From Takakia lepidozioides (taxonomy: Eukaryota; Plantae; Bryophyta), in the NCBI GenBank assembly GCA_030704615.1, contig CM060732.1, positions 45,818,001 to 45,882,000 on the forward strand: a stretch of 64,000 nucleotides of DNA. The letters are read 5' to 3'. The position numbers were made by a program, and so were the translations under genes. The notes beneath the pieces were generated by a model. That model had not been told where the DNA came from and ran no database searches. It saw only the letters and a program-made list of their open reading frames with translations. How positions within the stretch are numbered: position 1 is the stretch's first letter; each line of letters begins with the position of its first letter. Shown here piece by piece: positions 1 through 10,912 of the stretch.

Positions 1-1587
1 GGTGTGCTTTGTATTCCGGTTTTATGGTCATGCGAAAGCATTGCTCAGTATGCTTAACACATCTAACATGCTTCACACTGCTGGTGATAAGCTGATCCTC
101 AAAATCTGGTACAGTCTTGCCTGCTGCAGGGATTAGGCACCTAAGGAGAGTTGTGGAGAGACACAAGTTACCATCCAATCTCTCCAATAATATAATTTTT
201 TAACTTCCAACCATAATACCAGTCAGGGCATGAGGACTACATAGTTCGACAGAGACTCCGTTCCCTTCGGCTGGCTGCATCACAACTTCTTTCTCCCCAC
301 TTCATACTGCAAACCCCTCCCCTCCAAACCCTTCCCCTCCATCCACTGTCAATTCTCTGTGCCAGGGTTACTAGATAACAACACATGAATACCAACCATT
401 GTTGCATTTTCCTTATTCTTGAGTTTGAAATCTTCCGGATCGTCGCACGCGGGCTTCGAGAGCTTGGGCAAGGCGAGGGACACGGAGGAGGGGTGAGAGA
501 CGAAATCGTGGCCCTCGAAATCCTACATCAGATCTCGGCCGTTCATCTCTGGACAGCTGACCGCAAATGCTCTAAAATTGTCCCCAAAGTTCCCACACCT
601 ACCCCGCTGTCTACTGACATGAAGCCCGGCTAGCCCGGGCTCCAGGGGGTCAAGCATTCAACTGCCCGCCCACTTGTAATAATGGGGGCAGGGGAAATGC
701 CAAATTTAGGCTCTATACAGCCTTGCCTTTCCTAACTGAGCGTTTGCCGCGATTTGTCTACGTTTCAGCTCCCGATGCGTCTGGTTTACTCAGCACTTGA
801 ACAATACCTGGTAAGTAGTTCTTATCTCTGACTCGGGTTTCCTGTTTTCTCTCATGTTTTCTTTCCATTTTGTCCCATAAGCTCTATGAGCTTTCCGCCG
901 ACGTTATAAAGAACCATTTCATTTCTCTTTCCTTCCATAGCTCCACCGAGTAGTTCATGCTAAACTACTTGCTAAACTACTTGCAGGTCTGATCGTGATG
1001 TGAATGTTGATTTTCTTATTTCTCGTTGCTCGCTGTGAGCTGCAAGCAGCTGGTGGCAGTGGACAGGGCCAACCTCCCGCGTGCTCCTACTATTGGCCAC
1101 AGTGCACCCATCTGCTCTGCTTACAGTCGGCCTGGTTTGAGGTAGGACAACGAGCCCTCGGGTTGCCCATTACATCACAACTCAACTCAATGTCTTTCTG
1201 CCTGCACACTTCTCCCTCCATACTGTAGATTGAGCTGCACTTCGGTTAGCTTTCTTCCAGGACTCATTTTCGTCAATAATGCATCATGGTAACGATGGTT
1301 ACGATGTCACTAGCGGAAACAGGAAGTTGCACTTCTGTGAGGTCCCCACAGCACTCGCACATGCAACATATATACCATGGATGCTCACAAAGTTCCATAG
1401 GTCGGTGTGAGCTATTGACTTCCATCTGAGGTTTGTGGATTCTTGCTAGCTTCTCCTGACTCGTGATCGGCAATGAATTTCTTACTCTTTGACTCTGGTT
1501 TCCTGTCCAGCTTGCACCCAAGCTCACTAAATCCACAAACTTTCGAGGGCTGGAGCGAGAGTCCCGGTGAAGTCGACATTATTTAAA

Positions 1588-2185
1588 ATGGAAGTGGCAG
1601 TCACTGTCCTATCAAAAACCATGGTGGTTCCCACGCCACGTCCTCACGAGAGCCGGTAGTTGCAGCGGCTCCCACTTTACCAGCTTCGATCTCCGCATGC
1701 TAAAACTTCCCCCTATCAGACGCATGATCCTGTTCGAAGCAAGCGCTCAAGAAGACCTCATTGTGGAGCAATTCAATGAAAGACTAAGGGGGAGTCTCTC
1801 AAGAGCGCTGGCAGACTACTACCCATTTGCAGGTACATCATCCACCCTTCAGTAGCACCGGTGCCATGGCGACTATATGCGATTATCAAAGTCTGTCATG
1901 CCAGCTTTGGTATCTAGGCTTGGGGGAACTAGATAACGACGGAGGGACACCCTGACATGCCATGCAGGCCGGTTTGTGCAAGATGAAGACGGGCAGACAG
2001 CCGTGGATTGCAACGACGCAGCGGTGGAGTTTGTCGAGGCTTCAGCTCCCATCACTATGCGGGAGCTACGTAATCACAAGCTCCTCAGGTTTTACAGTGG
2101 CAGGATCATAGATCCAGTCGTCAATCTTTACAAGACACTTTCTACAAACATACGCATTAGCATTCAGAGTCCGCCACAGTACTGA
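1588..2185 (+). pseudogene. BAHD acyltransferase (Transferase family) N-terminal relic
   Basis: ATG 1588 gives MEVAVTVLSKTMVVPTP, with an in-frame TAG at 1657 and frameshifts after it. It continues ...ERLRGSLSRALADYYPFAG | GT-AG intron 1833-1967 | RFVQDEDGQTAVDCNDAAVEFVEA, which matches the BAHD 'SLS.AL..YYP.AGR...DCND.GVEFVEA' signature. No HXXXD or DFGWG half follows. Confidence 0.8.
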
Positions 2186-2400
2186 TGCCCAAATCCACCA
2201 TGCAGCCAAAATGCCCAATGGCAGGGGTGAGGCTCATGGAATCAAAGTAGTGATGGTCTTCATCTACTAGACCAACATGATTAATGCATCCCAAATTTTG
2301 CATACATATCGACAAGTGTATTCCTGAGAAGGATATCTGGCACAATCTCAGCTGTAATGACCTGTTTGCCCTTTTCAAGAGCTCCAACGTTGGCACATGT
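2183..2400 (-). pseudogene. PLS-PPR fragment (L2/S2 motif region), paralog of the neighbouring PPR genes
   Basis: Translates to HVGLVDEDHHYFDSMSLTPAIGHFGCMVDLG. The DNA resembles 8760-8870, and agagctccaacgttggcacatg (~2379-2399) recurs at ~9450-9471. Confidence 0.8.
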
Positions 2401-2843
2401 ACTCAGCCTGCAAATGAACGAGATTGCATTGCGACATAATATTAAGAGAATACTGGGGTGATCATAGCAACAACTCTCTCAAAGCTACATCTATAATTCA
2501 AAGAAGACACATGATATAATGAACCATCACAACCCAAAAACGGGCTTTCTTGCGATAATATGATTACTTTCTGGTTTCTTAATTGCAGACTAACTGGATT
2601 ATTATGGCCCATCTTAATCGAAGTTGGTATTGCCCACGTTCACAACCACGCCTACATGCAAGTGTGATCCCTGAAACTCTTGTACGTTACATAGGAGTGG
2701 CAATCCCAAAATCCGTGTTTTACAGTATCCTGTGATGACAATCTCAAGGGTATCACAGCCAAAGGAGGAGCAATAAAGAACTAGATTTTCCTCTCTTTAT
2801 TCACATATGCCATAGTTTGGTTTAATTGTGTCGATCCACTGTT

Positions 2844-5474
2844 TCACCAGTAATCACCACAAGAACAAACCCCATCTTCAAAGTGGTGGAAGTGGTTAGA
2901 TTCCCGAACAACTATTGCTCGGCTAACAATCTTTGAGATGAACTTGGTGGCGGTGTGGCAGTCACCACACATCCTAAGATTTTTTATGACACGGAGAGGC
3001 ATCCCAGGGGCTGTGCTGATCAGCCCAAAACCGATGGCCAGCTTCTCACTGTGGTGGCAAAGAGAAAATCCTTTTTGCTCCTCCCCCACATCATGCAATA
3101 CAAAGCGCGTGTCAGATACATACCCTGCCTCCTTCATCTCCCCAGACAATCTTCTCAACTCAGCATGGATTTCCTCAATTTTAGGATGCAATTTGTCATC
3201 TACAACAAAGGTGTGCACCCTGTTGCCAACCTCAATGCAGCAGCGACCTGGCTCCTTTCTAACCCCTCTGACCTTCATCATTTTTCTCACCTTTGCAGTA
3301 TCGTCCCACCTGCCAGCTGTGGCATAGATGTTTGATAGCAACACATAAGTTGCGGCGTCCTGTTCATCACACTTTAGAATAGATGTTGCCGCACGTTCAG
3401 CCATCTCCACATTGCGATGAATTCTACAGGCACCAAGCAAGGCCCTCCACACGACAGCATTTGGTTTCATTGGCATTTTGTTAATGAAGCCCTCTGCCTC
3501 ATCCAATTGCCCCGCACGGCCAAGAAGGTCCACCATGCAGCCAAAGTGCTCCACTGCTGGAGCGATGCCATGATCTTGACTAAGGGAGTTGAAGTAGTAT
3601 CTGCCTTCATCCACTAGGCCAGCATGCCTACATGCAGAGAGAATACCTATAAAAGTGATGCTGTCCAGCTTCAAGCCTGCCACTTGCATTTGTTCCACCA
3701 GTTGCAGGGCCTCCATATCACAACCATGCTGGGCATATCCTGTGATCATTGCATTCCACGACCACAGATCTCGTTCAGCCATATTGTCGAACACTCCCTT
3801 TGCATCTTCGATGCTCCCGCCTTTGGCATACATGTCCACAAGGGTATTATTCAAAATGATATCTGATACAATTCCAGCTTTGATGATGTCACCATGGACC
3901 TCCTTGCCTTTTTCCAGGGCTGCCAGGCTTGCACACGCATTGCAAACACAAACGAACGTGACCCGGTCTGGTTCTACCCCTTCCCGCATCATTTGTTCAT
4001 AGGTCTCCAAAGCCTCCATCCCGCACCCATGCTGGGTATATGCTGCGATCATAGCAGTCCACGACCACACACCTCGTTCGGCCATATTGTTGAACACTCC
4101 CTTTGCATCCTCGATGCTCCCACCTTTGGCATACATGTCCACCAGGGCAGTATTCAGAATGACATCTGGTACAATGCCAGCTTTGATGATGTCACCATGG
4201 ACCTCGTTGCACTTTTCCAGGGTTGCCAGGCTTGCGCACGCATTGCAAATGCAAACAAATGTGACCCGATCTGGCTTCACCCCTTCCTGCATCATTTGCT
4301 CATAGGTCTCCAAAGCTTCCATCCCGCACCCAAGCTGGGCATATCCTGCGATCATCGAGTTCCACGATACCACATTTCGTTCAGCCATATTGTCGAACAC
4401 TGCCTTTGCAGCTTTGATGCTCCCGCCTTTGGCATACATGTCCACCAAGGTAGTGTTCAGAATGACATCTGGGACAATTCCAGCTTTGATGATGGCACCA
4501 TGGACCTCTTTGCCCTTTTCCAGGGCTGCCAGGCTTGCACATGCATTACAAACACAAATGAACGTGACCCGGTCTGGTTTCACCCCTTCCCACATCATTT
4601 GCTCATAGGTCTCCAAAGCTTCCATCTCACACCCATGTTGGGCATATCCTGTGATCATTGTGTTCCAGGACACCACATCTCGTTCAGCCATATTGTCGAA
4701 CACTCCCTTTGCATCCTCAACACTCCCACCTTTGGCATACATGTTCATCAGGGCATTGTTCAGAATGACATCTGGTATAATTCCAGCTTCAATGATGTCA
4801 CCATGTATCTCCTTGCCGTTTTCCAGGGCGGCCAGGCTTGCACATGCATTGCAAACGCAAACAAACGTGATGTGGTTGGGTTTCACCCCTTCCTGCATCA
4901 TTTCCTCATATGTCTCCAAGGCATTCTTACCACACCCATGCTTGGTAAATCCTGCCATCATTATATTCCACGTGATCAAACCTCGTTCAGGCATTTCCTT
5001 GAACACTTGGTGTGCATCCACAATGCTCCCACATTTAACATACATGTTCACCAGGGTGTTGTTTAGAAAAACATTTGGCTTGAATCCACTTTGCACAATG
5101 TGAGCGTGCACCTGCTTTCCTGCTTCCAGGCCTTTCATCTTGATGCACATATGCAAGAGACATACGTACGTATCTGAATCTGCTGAAATGCCTCCTTGGT
5201 TCAAAATCTGTAAAGCCTCCTTGAGGTGCCCTGCCTCACATAGTGACCTGACATGCCCAGAAGAGGTTTTGTGGACTCTCTCTCTTGGTCCTCTTTTGGA
5301 AGCTGTGGTCATAGTGGAGGTGGCTGTTTTTATCAACTGTTCCACTGCTGCTGCTTCCAGTTGACCATCTACGCATGCAGGTTTCTCGTGGCTATCAATT
5401 GACAGGGAACCATAGGTACTCTTGTGCTTGAAAACCGCTCCTCTCTGATGAATCTGGACCCACACTCCATCCAT
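2844..5474 (-). CDS. PLS-class PPR protein with E1/E2 and DYW deaminase domain (organellar C-to-U editing factor), single exon, 876 aa
   Basis: Five 101-aa P-L-S type triplets, E motifs, PG box (KEPGRCCIEV), HSEKLA...CGDCH zinc ligands and terminal CSCGDYW. Confidence 0.96.
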   Translation of the reverse strand: MDGVWVQIHQRGAVFKHKSTYGSLSIDSHEKPACVDGQLEAAAVEQLIKTATSTMTTASKRGPRERVHKTSSGHVRSLCEAGHLKEALQILNQGGISADSDTYVCLLHMCIKMKGLEAGKQVHAHIVQSGFKPNVFLNNTLVNMYVKCGSIVDAHQVFKEMPERGLITWNIMMAGFTKHGCGKNALETYEEMMQEGVKPNHITFVCVCNACASLAALENGKEIHGDIIEAGIIPDVILNNALMNMYAKGGSVEDAKGVFDNMAERDVVSWNTMITGYAQHGCEMEALETYEQMMWEGVKPDRVTFICVCNACASLAALEKGKEVHGAIIKAGIVPDVILNTTLVDMYAKGGSIKAAKAVFDNMAERNVVSWNSMIAGYAQLGCGMEALETYEQMMQEGVKPDRVTFVCICNACASLATLEKCNEVHGDIIKAGIVPDVILNTALVDMYAKGGSIEDAKGVFNNMAERGVWSWTAMIAAYTQHGCGMEALETYEQMMREGVEPDRVTFVCVCNACASLAALEKGKEVHGDIIKAGIVSDIILNNTLVDMYAKGGSIEDAKGVFDNMAERDLWSWNAMITGYAQHGCDMEALQLVEQMQVAGLKLDSITFIGILSACRHAGLVDEGRYYFNSLSQDHGIAPAVEHFGCMVDLLGRAGQLDEAEGFINKMPMKPNAVVWRALLGACRIHRNVEMAERAATSILKCDEQDAATYVLLSNIYATAGRWDDTAKVRKMMKVRGVRKEPGRCCIEVGNRVHTFVVDDKLHPKIEEIHAELRRLSGEMKEAGYVSDTRFVLHDVGEEQKGFSLCHHSEKLAIGFGLISTAPGMPLRVIKNLRMCGDCHTATKFISKIVSRAIVVRESNHFHHFEDGVCSCGDYW
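3700..4900 (-). repeat. Intragenic 303-bp tandem repeat (PLS triplet array)
   Basis: Near-identical blocks at 303-nt spacing; for example the shadow ORFs start at 4087 and 4390. The 101-aa unit MYAKGGS..DAKGVFDNMAER... is repeated. Confidence 0.9.
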
Positions 5475-6759
5475 GCTCCTTCAGCTATCCTGCCTTGGCA
5501 CCAATCCTTGATGCTAGCAGCTGCCAATGGTAGCCTAAAAGTTTTTATAGCAACCACCCCAAAATACTTATTACACACCAGTTTCTATGCTGAATTGCTC
5601 CCAAGACTTGAAAATGACAAAGGATGACAATGTCCAAGAAAGCAATGCAATACACCTTGTTGTCTGCTTCTCTTTGTAATTTAACAGGCATTCACCTTTT
5701 TTCCTTGATTGTCCCACCATTGACTGGGTTCTGAAAAATATTCCTTCCAAAGTTCCTCCTCATCTCTGTTTTCTGTTTTGGGACAATTGCCTGTGCCACA
5801 TTGGCAGTAACATCTCAAAATCATCCAAACCACCATGGATCTACCCGACAAGCTAAGTTGCAGAATTCAACATGAACAAATAGGGGCGACTCTGGCCTAT
5901 GTGTTGAAGAAGAAGGTGCCCTCACCACGTTGTCCTTGACCTTGTGTCATGAATGTAGCTAGCTTTTCTTTCACCCAAGGAGGATTCAACCAAAGCACCT
6001 CTTGTGTGCGCTGCTTGTGTCTGTAGTCGGGGGATCTGCGGTTGGTCTGTGAGAACCACCACGGTGCAGCTGAGCAGCCATAGATTCAAACACAGCCTCC
6101 TAAGACAAGCTGACCCACCCAAGTACCTTGAAAATACCAGGAAAAAGAACAAATCATGATACTGATAGGAAGAGCCCACTTTTGCAGAACAGACAAACTT
6201 CCTCACATCGTACGTTAAGAAAGCCACACCTTGCAATTGCGGTTGTCCCGACATTGTGATGCAGCTCCACAGCCCAGCCCCTTAATCCGCTGCATGACGC
6301 GAGGCCTCTCGCATGACCGAAACAGGAAAACAGGGCCTTGGGTATGGAGTCTGTATGCGCGGTCAGGAGAACGCCGGAAGACACTGCCATCCCCTCCTGT
6401 GAGCGAGAAAGAGGCAGAAGATATTTTGGTCCCTGTACTCCCAAGACCGGAACAAGGAACGAGAGCAATAGCAGGCTCCTCTACACATGGAAAACAATCG
6501 TCCAGCTTCAAGGATCACGCATAGCTGTGAACCATCATTTGCTACTGCATTTCTTACGTCTCTTTCCTTCTGTCTTTTCCAAGCAGATATCATCTCTCGT
6601 CCCCAAATGCCACCTAAAAGCAAAGCTTCGCAGCCTTCCTAGTTTCTGTGATTCTGCTGGTGGGATTATCTCATGACTATCCTATTTCAGCTTTAACCCC
6701 TCTGAAGTCAATATGACACAACCCCGCACCCACTCTCGTTGGAATTTGGGTGAAATGAG

Positions 6760-8070
6760 TTGACTGATTAGGATTCTCCGCAGGTCTCTTAACCTACAGC
6801 AGCTACCTTTGAAGGTTGGAAGCCGGCTACTCTTCTCATGTGGAAGACGCGTAGGCAAGAGCTGAAGGAGGAGTCATCTTACTGCTGATCTATGGCTACA
6901 AGCAAGGGACATCATTCATGCTCTTTAAACACTTTAATGTGCTGCTTCGTACCGCAACACAAATAGTGGACTTATTACATGGACTGGACTTACTTCTACT
7001 TTGAATTGTGATTACTTGTGCAAGCCAAGGGCTTCTATGCATGCCGCTGTTTGAGTACTTAGAGCTCTAGTTTTGGTTCAGATTTGGCTTCGTATACTGT
7101 TCTTCTCATACTAATGAAAATGAATTACACGCATGACTGGATCTCCTTTTCAGTTTTGTAGAGAGCTAGTACACGCATAACTGGTTATGGGCAAATGGTG
7201 ACAGGAGAGTTTTGATGTAATATAGGTTGAGAAGAATTGACAGTTGAGAAGAATGGTGTGCAGTGTGCACCCCTATTGGGTGAGTGCATATGTGCATACT
7301 CCATACCCCTCTCACCCAATTGAGGAGATGACCGCCATTGGATTTGGTTGCGGGCTCTCTCTCTCTTACCTTGCATGTGGCTAAGTTTTTTGTAACAACA
7401 CTCAACAATTGCCTCATCCCTTTCATTCTCTCTCTATCCTTGAATGTGGCAAGGAGATTTGCCAGTGCCCGAAGGTTCCGAGTGAACAAATAGTACATTG
7501 ATGGCAAACGAATCCATGATATCTGTACTAGGCCCTGTAGTAGCAGCAGACTGGAGTATATAGGTATATCTTGTACATGATCGGATCAATGTACATTGCT
7601 CTCTTGGCTGGTGTACTGTATTCAATGCCTTCGGCTGAATTAGGAAACCTGAAAATGAGAGGCTTGAGGATGTTTCTCTCTCACCTTGCATGTGGCTAAG
7701 GTCTTTGTAACAGCATTCAAGAATTGTCTGATTCCGTTATTCTGTCCAGAACGGAATGGGAAAACGGGATGACTCATTAGGGTTCTCCTTAAGTCTTAAC
7801 CTAAAGCAGCTGTGAGGTTAGAAAGCCTGGCCACTCTTCTCATTTGGAAGAGGAGCAGGCACAAGCTGAAAGAGCTGACTAACCCCTACTGCGGAACTAT
7901 GGCTACAAGCAAGGTATCCATTCAGAATCCTTTAAACACTTGGAAGGGCTGCTTAGTATGGCAACTATGAGGAACTTACATGGCCTTGACTTAGCTCAAA
8001 TCTGAAATGTATAGATACTTTTGCAAACCAAAGGCCTCCATTTGTCTGCTTGCTTGACTACTTGGCTCTA
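6760..8070. repeat. Diverged local duplications between the two PPR genes (~6760-7070 vs ~7770-8070; ~7355-7425 vs ~7675-7745)
   Basis: Colinear shared words tcttaaccta.agcagct, actcttctcat.tggaaga, ctatggctacaagcaagg and ctttaaacactt in the first pair; accttgcatgtggctaag in the second pair. Confidence 0.75.
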
Positions 8071-8199
8071 GTAACACCTCCCTTTTGCAAATGCACATGA
8101 TCACTCAGCAGTTGTAGTTGTAGAGGCTTTCCCCTCTATTCTTTGTACAGATTTACCACCTTTCGATCCTTGTGTGAGGCACATACTTCATGCCCGTTG

Positions 8200-8599
8200 A
8201 TTGTTTCATGAATACTCCCAGAGATAACTTTGGTGGCAGTGGCACCACATATCAAAAGGTGGTTGATGTTGCATATACGCGGCGGCCAGCTTCTCACTGT
8301 GGTGGCAAAGAGCACATTTTTGGCTCCTCCACATCATACAACACAGCTCATGCCTTTGGCATATGTCCCACCACTCAGACAGTCTCTCCAGCTCAGCATG
8401 GATTTCCTCATTTGTGGATTTCCTCATTTCGATCCTTCATCAGTGTATGTCTGCACCCAGTTGCCCACCTCATTGCAGCAGCTCCCTGTCTCCTTTCTAA
8501 CGTATGTTCATTGTTTCTCACATTTTCTTTATCATCCCACCTGCCAGCCGCTGCATAGATGGTCATATGCAGCACATAAGTTGCAACACACATTGGATG
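8200..8599 (-). pseudogene. Decayed E2/DYW tail of the second PPR gene
   Basis: In frame after the TAG at 8600-8602: ATYVLHMTIYAAAGRWDD. Then, with frameshifts and deletions, VRKETGSCCNEVGN, EEIHAELERLS and LCHHSEKLA. The CxxC motif and DYW end are lost. Confidence 0.88.
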
Positions 8600-10912
8600 C
8601 TACTTGAGACGAAAGTTTGCCACATGCTCTGCGAGCTCCACATTGCCATGTATTCTGCAGGCACCAAGCAAGGCACCCCACACTGAAGCATCTGGTTTGA
8701 TGGGCATTTTGTTGATGAAGTCTTCTGCCTCACTCAACTGCCCTGCACGGCCAAGCAGGTCCACCATGCACCCAAAATGCTCCATTGCAGGGGTGAGGGC
8801 ATAATCATGGCTCATGATATCAAAGTAGTGATGGCCTTCATTCACTAGACCCACATGACTACATGCAGAAAGAAGAGATATAAAGGTGCAACCATCCGGA
8901 TTCAGGCCTTCCAGTTGCATTTGTTCAAACAGTAGGATAGCCTCCCTACCACAGCCATGTTGACCATATCCTGCAATTATGGCGTTCCATGAGACCACAT
9001 TTCGTTTGGCCATATTGTCGAACACTTGTAGTGCATCCTTTACACTCCCACATTTGGCATACATGTCCACAAGGGTATTCTCCAGAACAATGTCTGGTAT
9101 GATCCTAGAATTGATAATGTCAGCATGGACTTCTTGACCCTTTTCCAGGGCTCCCAGGGTGGCATACACATTAAGAACACAAATAAATGTGACCTTGTCA
9201 GGCATCACCTCTTCCTCTCTCATTTGCTCATAAATGTTCAGAGCCTGCCAACTAGAACCATCCTGAGCATATCCTGTGATCATGGCATTCCATGAGACCA
9301 CATCTCGTTTAGCCATATTGTCAAACACTTGCTGCGCATCCCTTATGCTCCCACATTTTGCATACATGTCAACAAGTGTATTCCCAAGAATAATATCTGG
9401 CACAATTCCAGCTTTAATAATGTCAGCATGCACCTGCTTGCCCCTTACAAGAGCTCCAACGTTGGCACATGCATTCAGAATGCAAACGAATGTGACCATG
9501 TTGGGTATCACCCCTTCCCTTTGCATTTGCTCATAGGTCTCAAAAGCCTCCTGACTATAACCATGATGAGCATATCCTGTGATCATGGCATTCCATGAGA
9601 CCACATCTTGTTCAGCCATCTTGCCAAAAACTTGTTGCGCATCCTTCATGCTCCCACATTTGGCATACATGTCAGCAAGGGCAGTCTCCAAATTAATATT
9701 TGACACAATTCCAGCATTGATAATGTCAGAATGAACCCTCTTGCCCTTGTCCACGGCTCTGACACTGCCACATGCATTGAGGATGCAAATGTAGGTGACC
9801 CGATCTGGCATCATACCTTCCTGTTGCATTTTCTCGTATAACTTAAAAGCCTCACTACCACACCCATGCTGAGCATATCCTGCAATCATGCTGTTCCATG
9901 AGACCACATCTCGTTGAGCCATATTGTCAAACACTTGGCGTGCATCCTTCGTACTCCCACATTTTCCATACATGTCGACAACAGTATTCTCCAGAATTAT
10001 ATGTGGTGCAATTCCAGCTTGCCTGATGTCAGCATGGACTTTTTGGCCCTTTTCCAGAGCTCCGAGGCTGGCACATGCATTGAGAACACAAATGAATGTG
10101 ACTATACTTGGTGTCACCCCATCTTGTTGCATTTGTTCATAGAGCTTGAGAGCCTCCCTACCACACCCATGCTGAGTATAACCTGTGATCATGGTATTCC
10201 ATGAGACCACATTTCGATGAGCCATATTGTCAAATACTTGACGTGCATCCTTTAAACTCCCACATTTGGCATACATGTCAGCAAGGGCAGTCTCCAGATT
10301 GATATCTGGCGCAATTCCACCTTTGACAATGTCAGCATGAACCTCTTTGCCCTTCTCCAGGGCTCCTAAGCTGGCACACGCATTCAGAATGCAAATGAAT
10401 GTAACCTTGTTGGGTATCACCCCTTGCAATTGCATTTGTCTAAAGATCTCAAAAGCCTCCCTACCACACCCATGTTTGGCATATCCTGCTATCATTATAT
10501 TCCACGTAAAAGAATTTCGTTCGAGCATTTTTTCAAACACTTGTCGTGCATCCACCAAACTCCCACACTTGGCATACATGTTGACAAGAGTATTGAGTAA
10601 AAAGATGTTTGGCTTGAATCTATTTTGGATTATGAGGCTATGCACTTGCTTTCCTTTTGCTAGGTCTTTCGAATTTATGCACTCCTGCAACACAGAAACA
10701 TAAGTATTGCAGTCTGCCCGAATGCCTAGGAGGTCCACAATGTGCAGTGCCTCTTTCAGCCGTTCTGCCTTGCATTTTGTCGTCACATCCCCACCAGTGA
10801 CAGAAGAGGTCTTGTTGACTTCCTCCCTTGGTCCTCTTTCAAAGGTAGTAGATATGGTACAGGTGCTACCCCTGCCGCCACTCTGACGTCCAACAAACAA
10901 CTGTGTCTGCAA
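8600..10912 (-). CDS. PLS-class PPR protein, C-terminally truncated by a premature stop near the end of E1; true start uncertain
   Basis: 770-codon open frame with six PLS triplets (MY[A/G]KCGS...), L2/S2 and E1 (WGALLGACRIHGNVELAE), then TAG. The ORF track starts at TTG, so an upstream exon is possible. Confidence 0.85.
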   Translation of the reverse strand: MQTQLFVGRQSGGRGSTCTISTTFERGPREEVNKTSSVTGGDVTTKCKAERLKEALHIVDLLGIRADCNTYVSVLQECINSKDLAKGKQVHSLIIQNRFKPNIFLLNTLVNMYAKCGSLVDARQVFEKMLERNSFTWNIMIAGYAKHGCGREAFEIFRQMQLQGVIPNKVTFICILNACASLGALEKGKEVHADIVKGGIAPDINLETALADMYAKCGSLKDARQVFDNMAHRNVVSWNTMITGYTQHGCGREALKLYEQMQQDGVTPSIVTFICVLNACASLGALEKGQKVHADIRQAGIAPHIILENTVVDMYGKCGSTKDARQVFDNMAQRDVVSWNSMIAGYAQHGCGSEAFKLYEKMQQEGMMPDRVTYICILNACGSVRAVDKGKRVHSDIINAGIVSNINLETALADMYAKCGSMKDAQQVFGKMAEQDVVSWNAMITGYAHHGYSQEAFETYEQMQREGVIPNMVTFVCILNACANVGALVRGKQVHADIIKAGIVPDIILGNTLVDMYAKCGSIRDAQQVFDNMAKRDVVSWNAMITGYAQDGSSWQALNIYEQMREEEVMPDKVTFICVLNVYATLGALEKGQEVHADIINSRIIPDIVLENTLVDMYAKCGSVKDALQVFDNMAKRNVVSWNAIIAGYGQHGCGREAILLFEQMQLEGLNPDGCTFISLLSACSHVGLVNEGHHYFDIMSHDYALTPAMEHFGCMVDLLGRAGQLSEAEDFINKMPIKPDASVWGALLGACRIHGNVELAEHVANFRLK

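Noticed and set aside
3894-5066. 390-aa plus-strand ORF with repeats
   Set aside because: Antisense shadow of the 303-bp PPR repeats; one stop-free unit is simply propagated.
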